A stretch of DNA of 64,000 nt from Cetorhinus maximus (taxonomy: Eukaryota), in the NCBI RefSeq assembly GCF_964194155.1, contig NC_135889.1, forward strand, positions 111,972,001 to 112,036,000. The letters run 5' to 3'. Below are positions 1 to 11,574 of this stretch, one piece after another (within the stretch, counting starts at the first letter, position 1; the number at the start of each line of letters is the position of its first letter). Position numbers and translations under genes: made by a program. The notes under the pieces are model-generated. The model did not search any database. It had not been told where the DNA came from and saw only the letters and a program-made list of their open reading frames with translations.

Positions 1-929
1 TGCCCACATCCCATAAATAAAAAATAATACTGCCACCAAGCGGGGCTGACCAATCAGAGGCTGGAAGTTATTCAGAAACAGCAATGCCAATGGGTGTGGT
101 CACTACTGCAGGTAAGTGAGGGGCCTTGCTGAGGCCAGTTAGGCAGACCACAGGGAGAGCAGGAGATGGTGTTTTCGCTGCAGAGGAGGCCCTTGCCATC
201 AGCTGGGCCCTCTGTTGTCACAGCTACCCCCAAGCTTGCAAGCAGGCGCACGTGGTGTGGGTTCCCCTCATTACTTTGTGACGTAATGAAGCCCTTAAGT
301 GGCCAATTAAGGCCTCAATTGGCCCAGTGGTCAGAAGGCTGACTTCATCCTTTTCCCTCCCAGGCTTAATTGGGGGACGTTGGGAAGGATCTCCACCTCA
401 CACCTTCCCGCTCAATTAAACGACTCCTGCCGCCTCCCAGTCTGCTGAACATAATGTAGTAATGCCGACTGAAACCTGCTTTCATGCAGGTGCATTCAAG
501 ATCGGGGGAGTCCCAAATTTTCTCCAAGGTTGATAGACTCATGTAAAGAATGGTGACTTGTGTCAGTTTTTAAAGGGTGATTGGCTTCTGAATCATCAGC
601 TCAGCATGAATCAGCACCTTGGGAAGAGCACCACCAAGAAAAAAACAATCTTTTAAATTCCCTTTGTAAATGTTCCTGAATTTACGCTGATTTTCTCATT
701 TATTTCCATGTTTTATTAACATTAAATTACGAGAACCTCTACACTTTAAATTACTTATCATTGCCACTTCTAATAAATTGGATTTTTCCTCTGTGTTTGC
801 AGAGCATTCGTGTGTCACATGCTACAACAAGGAGACAATTTCAAAGTTTTTGAAAAAAGACACGGACACAGCATGGACACGATGGGCCAAAGGGCCTGCT
901 TCTGTACTGTATAACCCTATGACTCTATG

Positions 930-1410
930 CCTTGTATTTATGAGGCACTTTTCATGACCTCAGGGCATCCAAAAGTGCTTTACAGCCAATGAAGTACTTC
1001 TGAAGTGAATTCGCTATTGCGATTGCAGAAAATGGGAGCTGGTTAGCTCAGTTGGCTAGATAGTGAGTGTATAGTGCAGAATAATACTATACAGCAAGGG
1101 TTTGATTCCTGCTCTGGCTGAGGTAGATTTGCAAACTGCCTCCTTGCTCTCCCCCTGAGAGTGGAAGACAATAGTAAACCGCCGCTGTCAAAAGAACTGC
1201 CAAGTGAAGCAGCTCATGATAAAGCATCAGCACATAATGAGTCAAGGACCTACCTTCAGGCAGAGTATTGAGGGAATGTAGAAAATATGTAGGCTAATTT
1301 TGTGCTTAGCAAGTCTCCTGTGGACTGAGGAGGAAAGTGAGTCTCCAGACAATGATCAACCGACTCCTTCATCAGTTGGCATTCCTCAGTCATATGATGG
1401 GACACTGACT
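930..1410 (-). mobile_element. Degenerate DeuSINE (SacSINE1-like) fragment, interrupted by another tRNA-SINE
   Basis: 930-1033 is the reverse complement of the tail at 52435-52510 (gtgctttacagccaatgaagtactt...). The element appears to resume near 1275. Confidence 0.55.
1034..1272 (+). mobile_element. tRNA-derived SINE
   Basis: A-box-like tagctcagttgg and B-box-like ggtttgattcc, with no intact cloverleaf. Confidence 0.55.
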
Positions 1411-1419
1411 GTCTCTTTC

Positions 1420-2956
1420 ACGCATTCACTTTTCATTGGATTTGGAGGGTGCTGGCACCACGAGGTAGATGCCTCTCCCCCCACATGCAGCCATTCCTCA
1501 TGAGGAAGTTGCTGATGGGATGGACTACTCTCTCGCCCGCCTGGCCTAAGCCTTCCCACACTGAGAGCAGCTGGCAGCCGCAGTGCACTCATCATTCACT
1601 CAGACACGCCCTGGTGGTGCTGAGGAGGTCATTGACCCATTTCCGACACTGGAGCCAGTTGGGCTGCTGGACCCCATGGCTGCTAACCTCCACTGCTACC
1701 TCCGTCCAGGCTCCCTTGGCCAGGCTGTCCGTTGGGAACATGACCTCTCTCAGTTCCCGTGCCTGCTGGAGGTGAATCTGAGAGAAGGCATCACTGAACC
1801 ATGGGGCCATGCTCTGTCTGGCTTTCACCATTCCCCTATCAACAGTCTTGCTCTGCTTCTTGGACTGAACACTGCAAGCACTGGTGATGAAGAATGTTGG
1901 TGGGCTCAGTGAGGGATCTAAGTCTTGCTGATGAATGCTTTCTGTCTTACAGGTGAAGGCGGTTTTGGAGGGTGGAGTCTCACAGTTGCAGGCGCAAGAA
2001 GTCAGAAAGATTTACAACACTGCAGGCAGGACTGGCCGCCATTTAAAAATGGTGCCAGCACCCATGCTGCCCTCACCTGATGTTAGGATCACTAGCCTGA
2101 ATTTTTCAGGCGGCGGGTGGGCTCGGCAGGAGCGGGCGGTGGCGGTCGAGTAGCCAATCACCGCCTGCGATAAGCTATGCGCCGCCATTTTATGCCTTAA
2201 TTAGCCCGCCCATCATAAGATGCGAGCTGTAGCGCTCAGCGTTACCTGTGCGGGTGGGGGGAGGAGGGAGAGTCGGGGCTAGCGCTCTTTTGCACATGCG
2301 CACAAAAGAGCGCTTCAATCTCCCTGAGGCACGAAGCTGCCTCAGGGAGATTGAATCACTGTTGTAAGTAATGAATAAATGGATTAAAAATTTATTTAAG
2401 CATGTCTCCACAGGTGACTGTGTCACATGAGATGGGGCATGATATATTTAGGAAATTTTTAAAATTTAATTAATAAAAGCTTTAGGAAACCTCATCCTGC
2501 TTGTGGATGAAGTTTCCTAAAAAAAAAGTGAAGGTCGCTCGGCCTTTTCGCCAACCTTAAGGTTGGACGGGCAGCGTTAACAATGACATTAATCACTTCC
2601 TTCATGGCCTGAATAGACCGTTTACATATCGACGGGCGTGCACCCATCTCCGGTGTGCGCCCGCCGAGCAAAACATCGCCAGACAGCCAATGATGTCAGG
2701 ACGCACGCCCGACGCCATCGCGCGTCATTTTACGTGTTGGCGTGTCGGGCCCACCTCCGCACACCAACTGAAAAATCCTGCCCCACTGTCTTCCTGTTCA
2801 CCTCTGACACTTGAGTGGGCGGCCCTGCACCTTTTCCCCATGAATTAGCCGGCAGCCATGTGACCACGTTCAACCAGCCGTTTCCACCCCAAACAGCAAT
2901 GTTGCTGACTTACGGGTCTGTCACTGTGACCTGCGCCACTGATGATAAATTCAGCC
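1420..2956 (-). mobile_element. Harbinger/PIF relic carrying a Myb/SANT-like (trihelix) ORF remnant at 1592-1831; contains a nested MITE
   Basis: ORF 1592..1831 reads APWFSD...REVMFP...KGAWTEVAVEVSSHG...WLQCRKWVNDL, the Myb/SANT-like pattern of Harbinger ORF2. Right end is aaattcagcc (2947-2956), a TIR-like terminus. Confidence 0.75.
2094..2783 (+). mobile_element. Hairpin-rich MITE (Harbinger-like TIRs), family copy A
   Basis: Imperfect 16-bp TIRs (agcctgaatttttcag / ctgaaaaatcctgccc) flanked by cact on both sides. Internal perfect stems at 2281-2314 and 2314-2355. Homologous to 32085-32710. Confidence 0.8.
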
Positions 2957-3020
2957 TGTTAACTCTGTTTCTGCCTCCACAGATGCTGCCTGACCTGCTG
3001 AGTACTTCCAGCACTTTCTT
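2957..3020 (+). mobile_element. Penelope family A 3' tail fragment
   Basis: tgttaactctgtttctgcctccacagatgctgcctgacctgctgagt matches 7208-7260. Similar fragments at about 3720-3780 (-), 5012-5070 (+) and 26481-26580 (+). Confidence 0.7.
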
Positions 3021-4383
3021 TCAAAAATTCCTCCCCAAGTTTGGAAAAGGATCTCTTTTTCTCTTGCTTTAACTAAAAAATGTGGGTTGTCCACCTCTTT
3101 GCATACAATTTTAATAAATCAGCCGAAAAGACAAATTGTTTTCTGCCTGATTAAAGCAACAAATCGATCTGCACACTCATTTTTTTCTTTGAGACTGACT
3201 TCTTATAGTTAACTTTTTAATGGAGTTCAGATTTTTGCCAGTGAAATACATTACATTTATATTACTGTAGTTGTGCTATTTAATAAATTATCAATGGCTA
3301 AATCATTCAGCATTTGTTAGTATGGATTGACTGTCTCTTAGCTGATGCTGTACAGTCAAGGGGTGAACAGTTGCGACCACCCCATTGCACAAAAGCTTAA
3401 TTGTATTTACGTTTGATATTCTGAAATGTGAGGTAGCAACTTGAAAAGAGTCACTGATTGACTTGTGATGAGCGAGATAAATATTTTCCTTCATTGTTCT
3501 AGGTTAAGCTTCTATCATAAGTGGGTTTCAAGGCGATATTGCAGCCAGTTCAAGTCAATGAATGAGCAACAAAAGCAAATTACGAGCCGAGATGTCTGGC
3601 AATTCAAGATCGATTTTTGTACTCATTCTTCCCTTAACAATGTGCCACAGGGCAGTTCAGGGATTTGACAGAAATGTGTTATGAATGTAAAGAACATATG
3701 ATGCGATTATATGTTATAAAAATAGAAAATGCTGGAAACGCTCAGCAGGTCTGGCATCTGTGGAGGGAAAGACTGAGTGACTGGGTTCAATTTTAACTCT
3801 GTGTAAGTGCAAAGATCAGGTGAGGAGGGGTCGATTGGCTGCCCTCTTTTCTGCCTCCCTGTATGAGCGCAATAGGTTTTTCGGAAAGGACATACTTGCT
3901 AATTGAGTGAGCAGTTAACTGTTTGTGTGCTGTGACCATAAAAGGCACAATCAGAGAGGCTTTCTTGAGTTTCAAAAAATAAAGGAGGATAGAGTTTACT
4001 GCACTTAACCCAGCCTAAGTAAAATGATACAATACGTTCTGACTTTTGCACACACACACATACTCTGCAAGTTTCCACCTCCGCTATTGATTACAGAGTG
4101 GGGAAGGATAGCTTAAGCAAGTTAGAGTCCAATAAAATTAAAAGTGTATACAGTTAGTGGATGTTGGTGACATGGTTGGCTTTAGGATGAATTCAGTGGT
4201 CTTTCTGTCTTCACTCGGTTGACCTGATGCTTCCAGCGTCAAGGTGATTTGAAGGTGCAGACGGACAATTTATCTGTTCTTCTGGAGATAGTACTGCTGT
4301 GTTGACTTCTTTTAAAAAGCTCTGCCTGCAGCACTTGGATTAGTCGCAATCAGCAGATAGGGTTCAAAAACTTGCAAGTTGGC

Positions 4384-4408
4384 AGAGAGAGAGAGAGAGA
4401 AAGAGAGG
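4384..4408. repeat. (AG)n microsatellite
   Basis: agagagagagagagagaaagagagg. Confidence 0.8.
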
Positions 4409-5429
4409 AAGGAACCCACTCAGGTTCTTGATCCTTCAGTGTCATGGCTGCTTGTCCAGTTCTGCAGAGAAAGCAGGTGCTCAAACACTCAAAAGGTTGG
4501 GTTGTCACATGACCTACCTGCTCCAACTATCCAGGGATCCAAATAAGGTCATGGCCAGTGTATTCTACTTGTAGCTTGATTAGTTCATGCCTGGGAATCC
4601 CTCTCTCCGTGATCCCATTTTTCAAGTAGTTATGTCTAATGGTTTGTCTCCATCCAGTTGGGACCTAGATGAGTGTCTGGATGCTGTCCTAATCAGATAG
4701 GGCATGTGGTTCATACACATTCCCCTTAGATAATTATCTTTGTTTTTTTTTGCAGACAGGTGAACTCCACCTCAATGGTGTTGGAATGTGGAATGGACAG
4801 TGATGTAAATTGTGTAGTTATCTTTGGCTACGAGTTCAAGTCCACTGGAGTGCAGCTTTTGTCCTTTTTTTAAAAAAAAAATCAATTAGGGGTTTCCAAC
4901 CAGTAGATTCACAAATCATTTCTTGACATGAAACAGGTGTCCATGATAATAAGTGCATGGGTTTAAAATGTGTTAGAACATCAGCCGCAAATGTTTCAAG
5001 CCGATAATCTTTTTCCAGCATTTTCTGTATTTATTCCAGATATCCAGCATCTGCAGTATTGTGCTTTTGTAACAGTAATATGATAGTTACTTTGAAAACA
5101 TATAGAAAATCAAAAGGAATTGGTCCAGGTTTTATCGAACAGGCTGTTAAAAAAAAACTCTGCTGAAAAAAATCACTGTAGATTTTACCACAGCAAGGTA
5201 ATTTTTTTTTGCAAAAGTGAATAGTGCAGAGTACATGGATTTCAGATATCTTAATTTATATTCCCAGATAGCTAACCTTTGTAAATGTACATTGCATCAG
5301 ATAATCTATTAAATAGAAATTGCTACATTGAAATAGGTCAGCTGGTCGGTGCCGATGAATATCCTCCCACCCCGACTGCATCTAATCCTAGCAATATATC
5401 TTTCTACTCCTTCCTTCCTCATGCTCTTA

Positions 5430-5870
5430 CCTAGATAGTGTGGATAGGAAGAACCTATTTCATCCAGCAGGGGAGTTTTCACAAGGAAGGTTATGGCTGT
5501 GCAGAACTCACTGCCTCAAAGGGTGGTAGAGGCAGAAACTCACATTGTGTTTCACAAATATTTGGATATGCACCTGAAGTGCCATAACCTACAGGACTAC
5601 AGATCAAGAAGTGGAAAGTGGGGTTAAGCAGAATAGCTCTTTTTTGGGTCTCATTCTGTGCCATAAATTTCTCTGTTGTGATCTATGCATCTATGCTTTT
5701 CTGCTCAGCTGCTCCATGTGGTAGATAGTTCCACATTCTAACCACTCTTAAATTCTTTACTGCATTTACTATTTGACTATCTTATATTTATGTCCTGTAC
5801 TTTTAGACTCCCCTACAAGAGGAAAAAATCTGTTCCATGCTGATCCTATCAAACCCTTCCATAATATTAG
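5430..5870. mobile_element. Two degenerate CR1 3'-end fragments in opposite orientation
   Basis: gaactcactgcctcaaagggtggtagaggcagaaac matches the CR1 tail at 20060-20100. 5700-5870 resembles the minus-strand CR1 at 11800-11930. Confidence 0.55.
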
Positions 5871-6191
5871 ACGTGTCGAACAGAAAGATAAGAGTGCATG
5901 AGTCTATATTTGTGTGGTTAAGCATGATAGAGGTAATATGTTACAAACACACAACATTTTGGTATAGAATTAGAAAATTTGTTAGACTATTAGGCTTGAA
6001 GAAGGCCTAGAAAACTTGGATGAAATTCTGTCTGTAATCTTGAAGTGCCTATTTTATTGTAGCAGTAAATTGTGATCAAGAACTCCTGAAAAGTTATACA
6101 TGGTCTGTAGGGCAATTGTGAAACAGAATAATTTTACTATTAAACCCCATAACTGCAGTTCAAAATCTTCCTGTACTCTTTACTACGCACT

Positions 6192-7280
6192 AGGCTTATC
6201 ACCCCACCAGCCTCCGCATTCAAAGGATCATCCTCCGCCATTTCCGCCAACTCCAGCATGATGCCACCACCAAACACATCTTCCCTTCACCCCGCCCTGG
6301 CAGCATTCCATAGGGATCTTTCCCTCCGTGACACCCTGGTCCACTCCTCCATCACCCCCTACTCCTCCTCCCATGGCACCTCTCCATGCAAACGCAGAAG
6401 ATGCAACACCTGCCCCTTCACTTCCTCTTTCCTCACCATCCAAGGGCCCAAACACTCCTTTCAAGTAAAGCAGCATTTCACTTGCACTTCCCTCAACTTA
6501 GTCTACTGCATTTGTTGCTCCCAATGCGGTTTCCCCTACATTGGAGAGACCAAATGCAGACTGGGTGACCGCTTTGCAGAACACCTTCGGTCTGTCCGCA
6601 AGCATTACCCAGACCTCCCTGTCGCTTGCTATTTCAACACTCCACCCTGCTCTCTTGCCCACACATCTGTCCTTGGCTTGCTGCATTGTTCCAGTGAAGC
6701 TCAACGCAAACTGGAGGAACAGCACCTCATCTTCCGACTAGGCACTGTACAGCCTTCCGGGCTGAATATTGAGTTCAACAATTTTAGATCTTGAACTCTC
6801 TGCTCCATCCCCACCCCCTTCCCGTTTCTTCCCCCTCCTTTTTGTTTTCTCCAATAATTTATATAGATTTTTCTTTTCCTACCTATTTCCATTATTTTTA
6901 AATGTATTTCCACCATTGCTTATTTCTACCTTTTAGTATTCCCCCATCCCCACTAGAGCTATCTGTACCTTATCTGTCCTGTCTTATACTCTTAATTAGC
7001 ACATTCCTTTAGATAATATCACCACCTTCAACACCTCTTTGTTCTTTTGTCTGTGACAGCTTTTGGTTATCCCCACCTATCACTGGCTGCTTGTCCCAAC
7101 AAACCACCCCCCACCCCCCCCCCCCCCCCCCGCCCCTTAAACCAGCTTATATTTCACCCCTTTCCTAATTTTACTTAGTTCTGTTGGAGGGTCATGAGGA
7201 CTCGAAATGTCAACTGTACTCTTCTCCGCCGATGCTGCCAGACCTGCTGAGTTTTTCCAGGTATTTCTGTTTCTGTTTTT
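6192..7280 (+). mobile_element. Penelope-like retroelement family A, 5'-truncated; GIY-YIG endonuclease ORF end plus pLTR
   Basis: ORF 6258..6794 has CKRRRCNTC, LVYCICCSQCGFPYIGET, RLGDRFAEH and EEQHLIFRLGTVQPSGLN, the PLE GIY-YIG with a Zn motif. It is followed by a pyrimidine-rich UTR, a poly-C tract (7103-7136) and a hammerhead relic. Confidence 0.92.
7177..7215 (+). ncRNA. Degenerate minimal hammerhead ribozyme in the Penelope A pLTR
   Basis: AGTT-CTGTTGG(=CUGAnGA, mutated)-A-GGGTC atgag GACTC-GAAA-TG-TC^-AACT. Stem I is AGTT/AACT and stem II is 5 bp. The core is mutated, so it is probably inactive. Confidence 0.65.
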
Positions 7281-7579
7281 TTGGGGCTGAACACTATGCT
7301 GACTACACTACAGTATAGAGCACAGGCAATTTAATCTTCAGTCATGCTTATAATCATAGATCATATTGCATCCTATGAACAATTATATTGACATGAACAA
7401 CTTGATTATGTGCCCGGGACAACAGAACACAAATTTGTAATTTAACTTGAATACAGCAACAGGAACAAATTGAGTACCAATTCTTACCACCACCAATTCA
7501 AGTCCTGCAGATGAATCTACTCTTGTGTGGTTCAAGCCACATATCTCATCCCTCATAGTCAACATGTAAAAGTCTAGAC

Positions 7580-7805
7580 TGTAGTGTTCGGTTGTTTGGT
7601 GTTTGATTATATGTGCATGTTGACTCTTCTCTGCACTGTCTGATTAGTTAAGCCTGCGTGTGATGACTGAGAAAGAGAAACTAAACTGTAGGCACACAGC
7701 TGTAACGTGAGAGAGCAGATATTCCAAAGTGTTGAATAAAATTCCTGTTACAAACATCAAAGCTGATGTAAATCTCTTCATAGTTCCAAGGCATAAAATG
7801 CAACA
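7580..7805 (+). mobile_element. Solo LTR (226 bp)
   Basis: TGTAG...CAACA termini, AATAAA at about 7735, and a near-identical 5-bp flanking repeat tagac/tagcc. Confidence 0.75.
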
Positions 7806-7914
7806 TAGCCTACTGTTTTTCACAGAGAGGACTAACTTGGTTTCCTAAGATTGGGACCAAATATCTACCCATATTCCACCAGGCTGTAAATGAAGTCTAT
7901 TACTATCCTCCTCA

Positions 7915-8512
7915 CCACTGAAGCTATCATCTTTGGCCCTTCTCATAAACTCTGCACCCTTGCCACCAATTCAAGCCCATTCCCCAGCTATTGGTTGAGG
8001 CTGAATCTTACTGTTCACAACTTTGGCATCCTGGTGTCCTCAACCCAGAGTTGTGCTTTTGACTCCATATCCTCACCATCACAAAGATGGTCTATTTTCA
8101 CCCAAGTAATATCACCCATCTCTACCTCTACCTCATCCCATCTACTGCTGAAACCTTTAACTCCAGCCTCAGCTACTCAAACGTCCTTTTTGAAGGCCTC
8201 CCATTCTTCACCTCTGTAAACATCAGCTCACCCAAAACTATGGTGCCTATATCCTATTCTGCACAAAGTCCCACTTGCTCATCGCCATTATCCTTGTTGA
8301 CCTTCAATGACCACGTGTTCCCTAATTCCTCAAATTTAAAATTCCCACTTTCATATTTAAATCCCGTTATAGCTTTGCTGTTCCCTAACTTTGTTATTAC
8401 AATTCCAATTATCCCTACAATTACAACAGCAACTACACTTCAACATACTTAATTGGCTTGAACCAACATCCTGGGGTTGTGAAAGGTGCTATTCAAATGC
8501 ATGTCTTTCTTT
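7915..8512 (+). mobile_element. Degenerate L2 LINE 3' fragment ending in a DeuSINE/L2-type tail
   Basis: TEAIIFGP...LRLNLTVHNFG remnants are typical of L2 ORF2. The tail ttgtgaaaggtgctattcaaatgcatgtctttctttct matches 52480-52510. Confidence 0.6.
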
Positions 8513-9849
8513 CTGAAATGCAATGTATGTTGTAGTATGTCTCTAGTTCATGAGCAGGTAATGACAACCAGATCTATAATAACCAAGACAGATTTATTCA
8601 TAGAGTATAATAGATGTAGCAGGTGTTACTCAGCAGGGAACAAATACTCCCCAAATTCTAGAGTCTGCAATTCTTAAGCAAAGTAAAAACATTTTTTAAT
8701 GAGATTGACTATCCAAAGCTTAAAATTCCCCAGGTCCCCACTAGTCTTCAACATATTGAATTTATTTTCCAGATACACAATTTAGGGAAGTTTCTCATAG
8801 TCTTTATTTTCCTCATTCACTAAGGGACAAACTTACTTCAGTTTGCTAATCAGGATGCTCAACTCATGACAATATTCATATATCAGTTTCAGCAGATCAT
8901 GCCCAACTGTGTGCCAAGGGAGTCACTGCCTTTGATGGTTGCATCCTGATCAATCCTAGCACTAGGAGGCTCAGTCTGCAGCTGTTTCAAACATCCTCTT
9001 GGGCATAAACATTAACCCGAATTGCTATTCCCCTGGCTTGCAGAATATTTGGAGTGAATCTGTTCTTTCAAGGTTATAGCAGCTCAGGTTTCATTTTCTT
9101 GCTTTACTTCCTTTACATTAACACCCCTCATATTCTTTCCAAATCTGACCTGATTTTTAGTCTTATTTATTTCAGATATTTGCATATCTGGCAAAAGAAC
9201 CAGAAGCGAGATGAGATTTTTATTTTCTAATGCAACAAGTTCTGACATTCTGGAAGTCAGTGCTAGAAAAGGTGGTGGAACACAGATACAACAGCAACTT
9301 TCTAAACAGAGTTGGATAAATGCACAAGAGGGTCACAGCTGCAGGGAAAGGGCAAATGAATGGAATTAATTGCATGCTCGTTCAAAGAGCCCACACAGGC
9401 ACAATGGAATGAATGGCCTCCTACATGTTGTATCATTCATTGATTCACTGATTGGTATAACCAACCAAACAAGCGAAAGAAAGGAGCGGTTGAGAAGTCA
9501 GTTGCACTTTGACCTTAGACAGTGGGTTCACCCTGCCGACCAGAAAAATACTGCTCCATAGTCTTGCCCCGAAAAGTGATGGAAACAGCAACTGGCTGGT
9601 CTAGGTAGCGAGTACTAGCTGCTAGTTCCCTAAGTACGTTCCTATTATTTGTCAAGATGCAGGGAACACAACTTAGCCATAACACTTGACAGCTTTATCA
9701 GACAGGGAAAACCATGACAATTTGTACTTAATTCCTTAATAGCTAGGTGTTATAAAACTTTCAGACTAGACAGTTCAGTGGCAAATGAACTGTAACATAG
9801 ATAAATATGAATTGATGCAGCTTGGCAGGAAAAAAACAAATGTCATCTA

Positions 9850-11056
9850 GAGCTTAGAAAACAAGAAATTGAATGGGATAGGAAAGTAAAGGGATTTAGG
9901 GATACAGGTGAACAAATCATTGAAAGCATATCCCCAGACTAGCAAAGAGAGTAAAACTGTTAACAAAGCACTGGATTTATCTATGAGGGTATAGAATTCA
10001 AAAATTATGAAGTTAACATTAAACTTTAAAGGGCACTTGTCAGGCCGCACTTGGAACCGTGTGCATGAGGGGAGACAGTGGTGTAGTGATAATGTCACCA
10101 GACTGGTACTCTGGAGGCCCAGGCTAATGCTCTCGGGACTTTGGCTCAAATCCCACTATGACAGCTGGTGGAATTTAAATTCGATTAATAAACCTGGAAT
10201 AGAAAGCTAGTCTCGGTAATGGTGACCATATAACCATTATTGATTGCTGGAAAAACCCCTTTAGGGAAGGAAACCTGCCATCCTTACCTGGTCTGGCCTG
10301 TTTGTGACTCCAAATCTGCAGCAATGTGCTTGACACTGAATTGGCCTAGCAAGCCGCTCAGTTCAAGGGCAATTAGGGATGGGTTACAAATGCTGGCCTT
10401 GTTGGTGATGCCCACATCCCATGAAAGAATTAAGGAGTTTTTCTGGTCCCCACACTATACAAAGACTATAGAAATATTGAAGAAAATGCAAACATAATTA
10501 CAAGGATGTTACCTGAACTGAGAGATGACAGCCATCTGGAAAAATTAAACAGGTTGGAGCTTTCTTCTTTAGAAAAGACCCAGTAGACTTTTTTTTAAAA
10601 ATTAAGAATAGTTTGTACAGGCTAGATTATGGAAAGAATGTTTCCACTTTTTGGACCATCCATAAATACAAGATAATAAATCTAATTGGGAAAAAAAAAT
10701 GAAGAAATTAATTTGCTCCGTGTGGTCAGAGTGAGGAACTTGCTATAATAGGAAGCAGTTGAAGCAAATAGCTTAGATGTTTTCAAGGGGAAACTAGATG
10801 GTATGTGAGGGTCAATGGAATAGAAAGATATGCTGAAAGGCTGAGATGAGGTAGATTTTTTTATTCGTTCATGGGATGCTGGCCAGGCCGACATTTTTAT
10901 TGCCCATCCCTAATTGCCCTTGAGAGGGTGGTGGTGAGTCGCTGTCTTGAACTGCTGAAGTCTCTAATGGGAGGAGACTCATATGAAGTGTAAGCAATAG
11001 CACTGACTGGGCCAAATGACCTGTTACTGTGCTGTATATGCTATGTAATTCTATGC
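9850..11056 (+). mobile_element. Degenerate CR1 3' fragment with nested SINE (10070-10436) and nested LINE tail (10856-10965, -)
   Basis: gtcaggccgcacttgg...|SINE|...ttctggtccccacactat reconstitutes the CR1 motif [16 protein letters not shown]. Ends in a ctatg tail. Confidence 0.7.
10070..10436 (+). mobile_element. tRNA-derived SINE (family S2), 3' tail shared with LINE family B
   Basis: Head tggtgtagtg...ggctcaaatccc; tail gggcaattagggatggg...cccacatcccatgaaagaa. Several homologous copies lie in the window. Confidence 0.85.
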
Positions 11057-11574
11057 AACCTAGACAAAATGAAATTAGTCATGAAAGAAGAAAACGGTTT
11101 TCTGTTATATCAACTGTAATATTTTCAATTTATTCTGAAGACTAGCAGTTCAAATTGTTCCTATTGTTATGAGGACATTTCCACTGGCCATCTTTTCTCC
11201 ACTTTTTACCTGTAGGCAATGGCATGTGCTCGGGCACGCATAGCTCTCAAAAGATCAGCACAAGCTAGTACCTCACTCAAGTGACCAATTTGAAATTCTG
11301 TTTCAAATAAATTAGCATAGTGAGCGTTTTTTACATGCAGGACATTGGAGCTGAGCCTGATGAGGCACTCACCTAATTTCAACACATGCCCACTTTGCAG
11401 GGGGAGTCAGTGAGTAGCTAACAAAAGCATTGACCCTGATTTATTCCTTTGCTTTTGAACTTTTGGACACTGAGCGTAATTGTTGTACCCCTACTGAGAT
11501 CTCCTCCTGAGATCAGATAATAGTTACTACAACCTAGATCAGACCTGGGATCTTCCCTGTTTGTGTGGCTCAAT

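Noticed and set aside
1034-1112. tRNA gene (also 50806 and 53178)
   Set aside because: A/B boxes are present but there is no cloverleaf or poly-T terminator, and the sequence continues into SINE bodies.
2094-2783. CpG-island promoter
   Set aside because: The CpG richness is explained by a multicopy TIR-bounded MITE.
7103-7136. Poly-C tract as a functional G-quadruplex
   Set aside because: An expanded homopolymer in a Penelope UTR whose length is assembly-sensitive. No evidence of function.
11356-11372. cctgatgaggc as a hammerhead core
   Set aside because: No downstream GAAA or stems. It lies in a degenerate SINE body.
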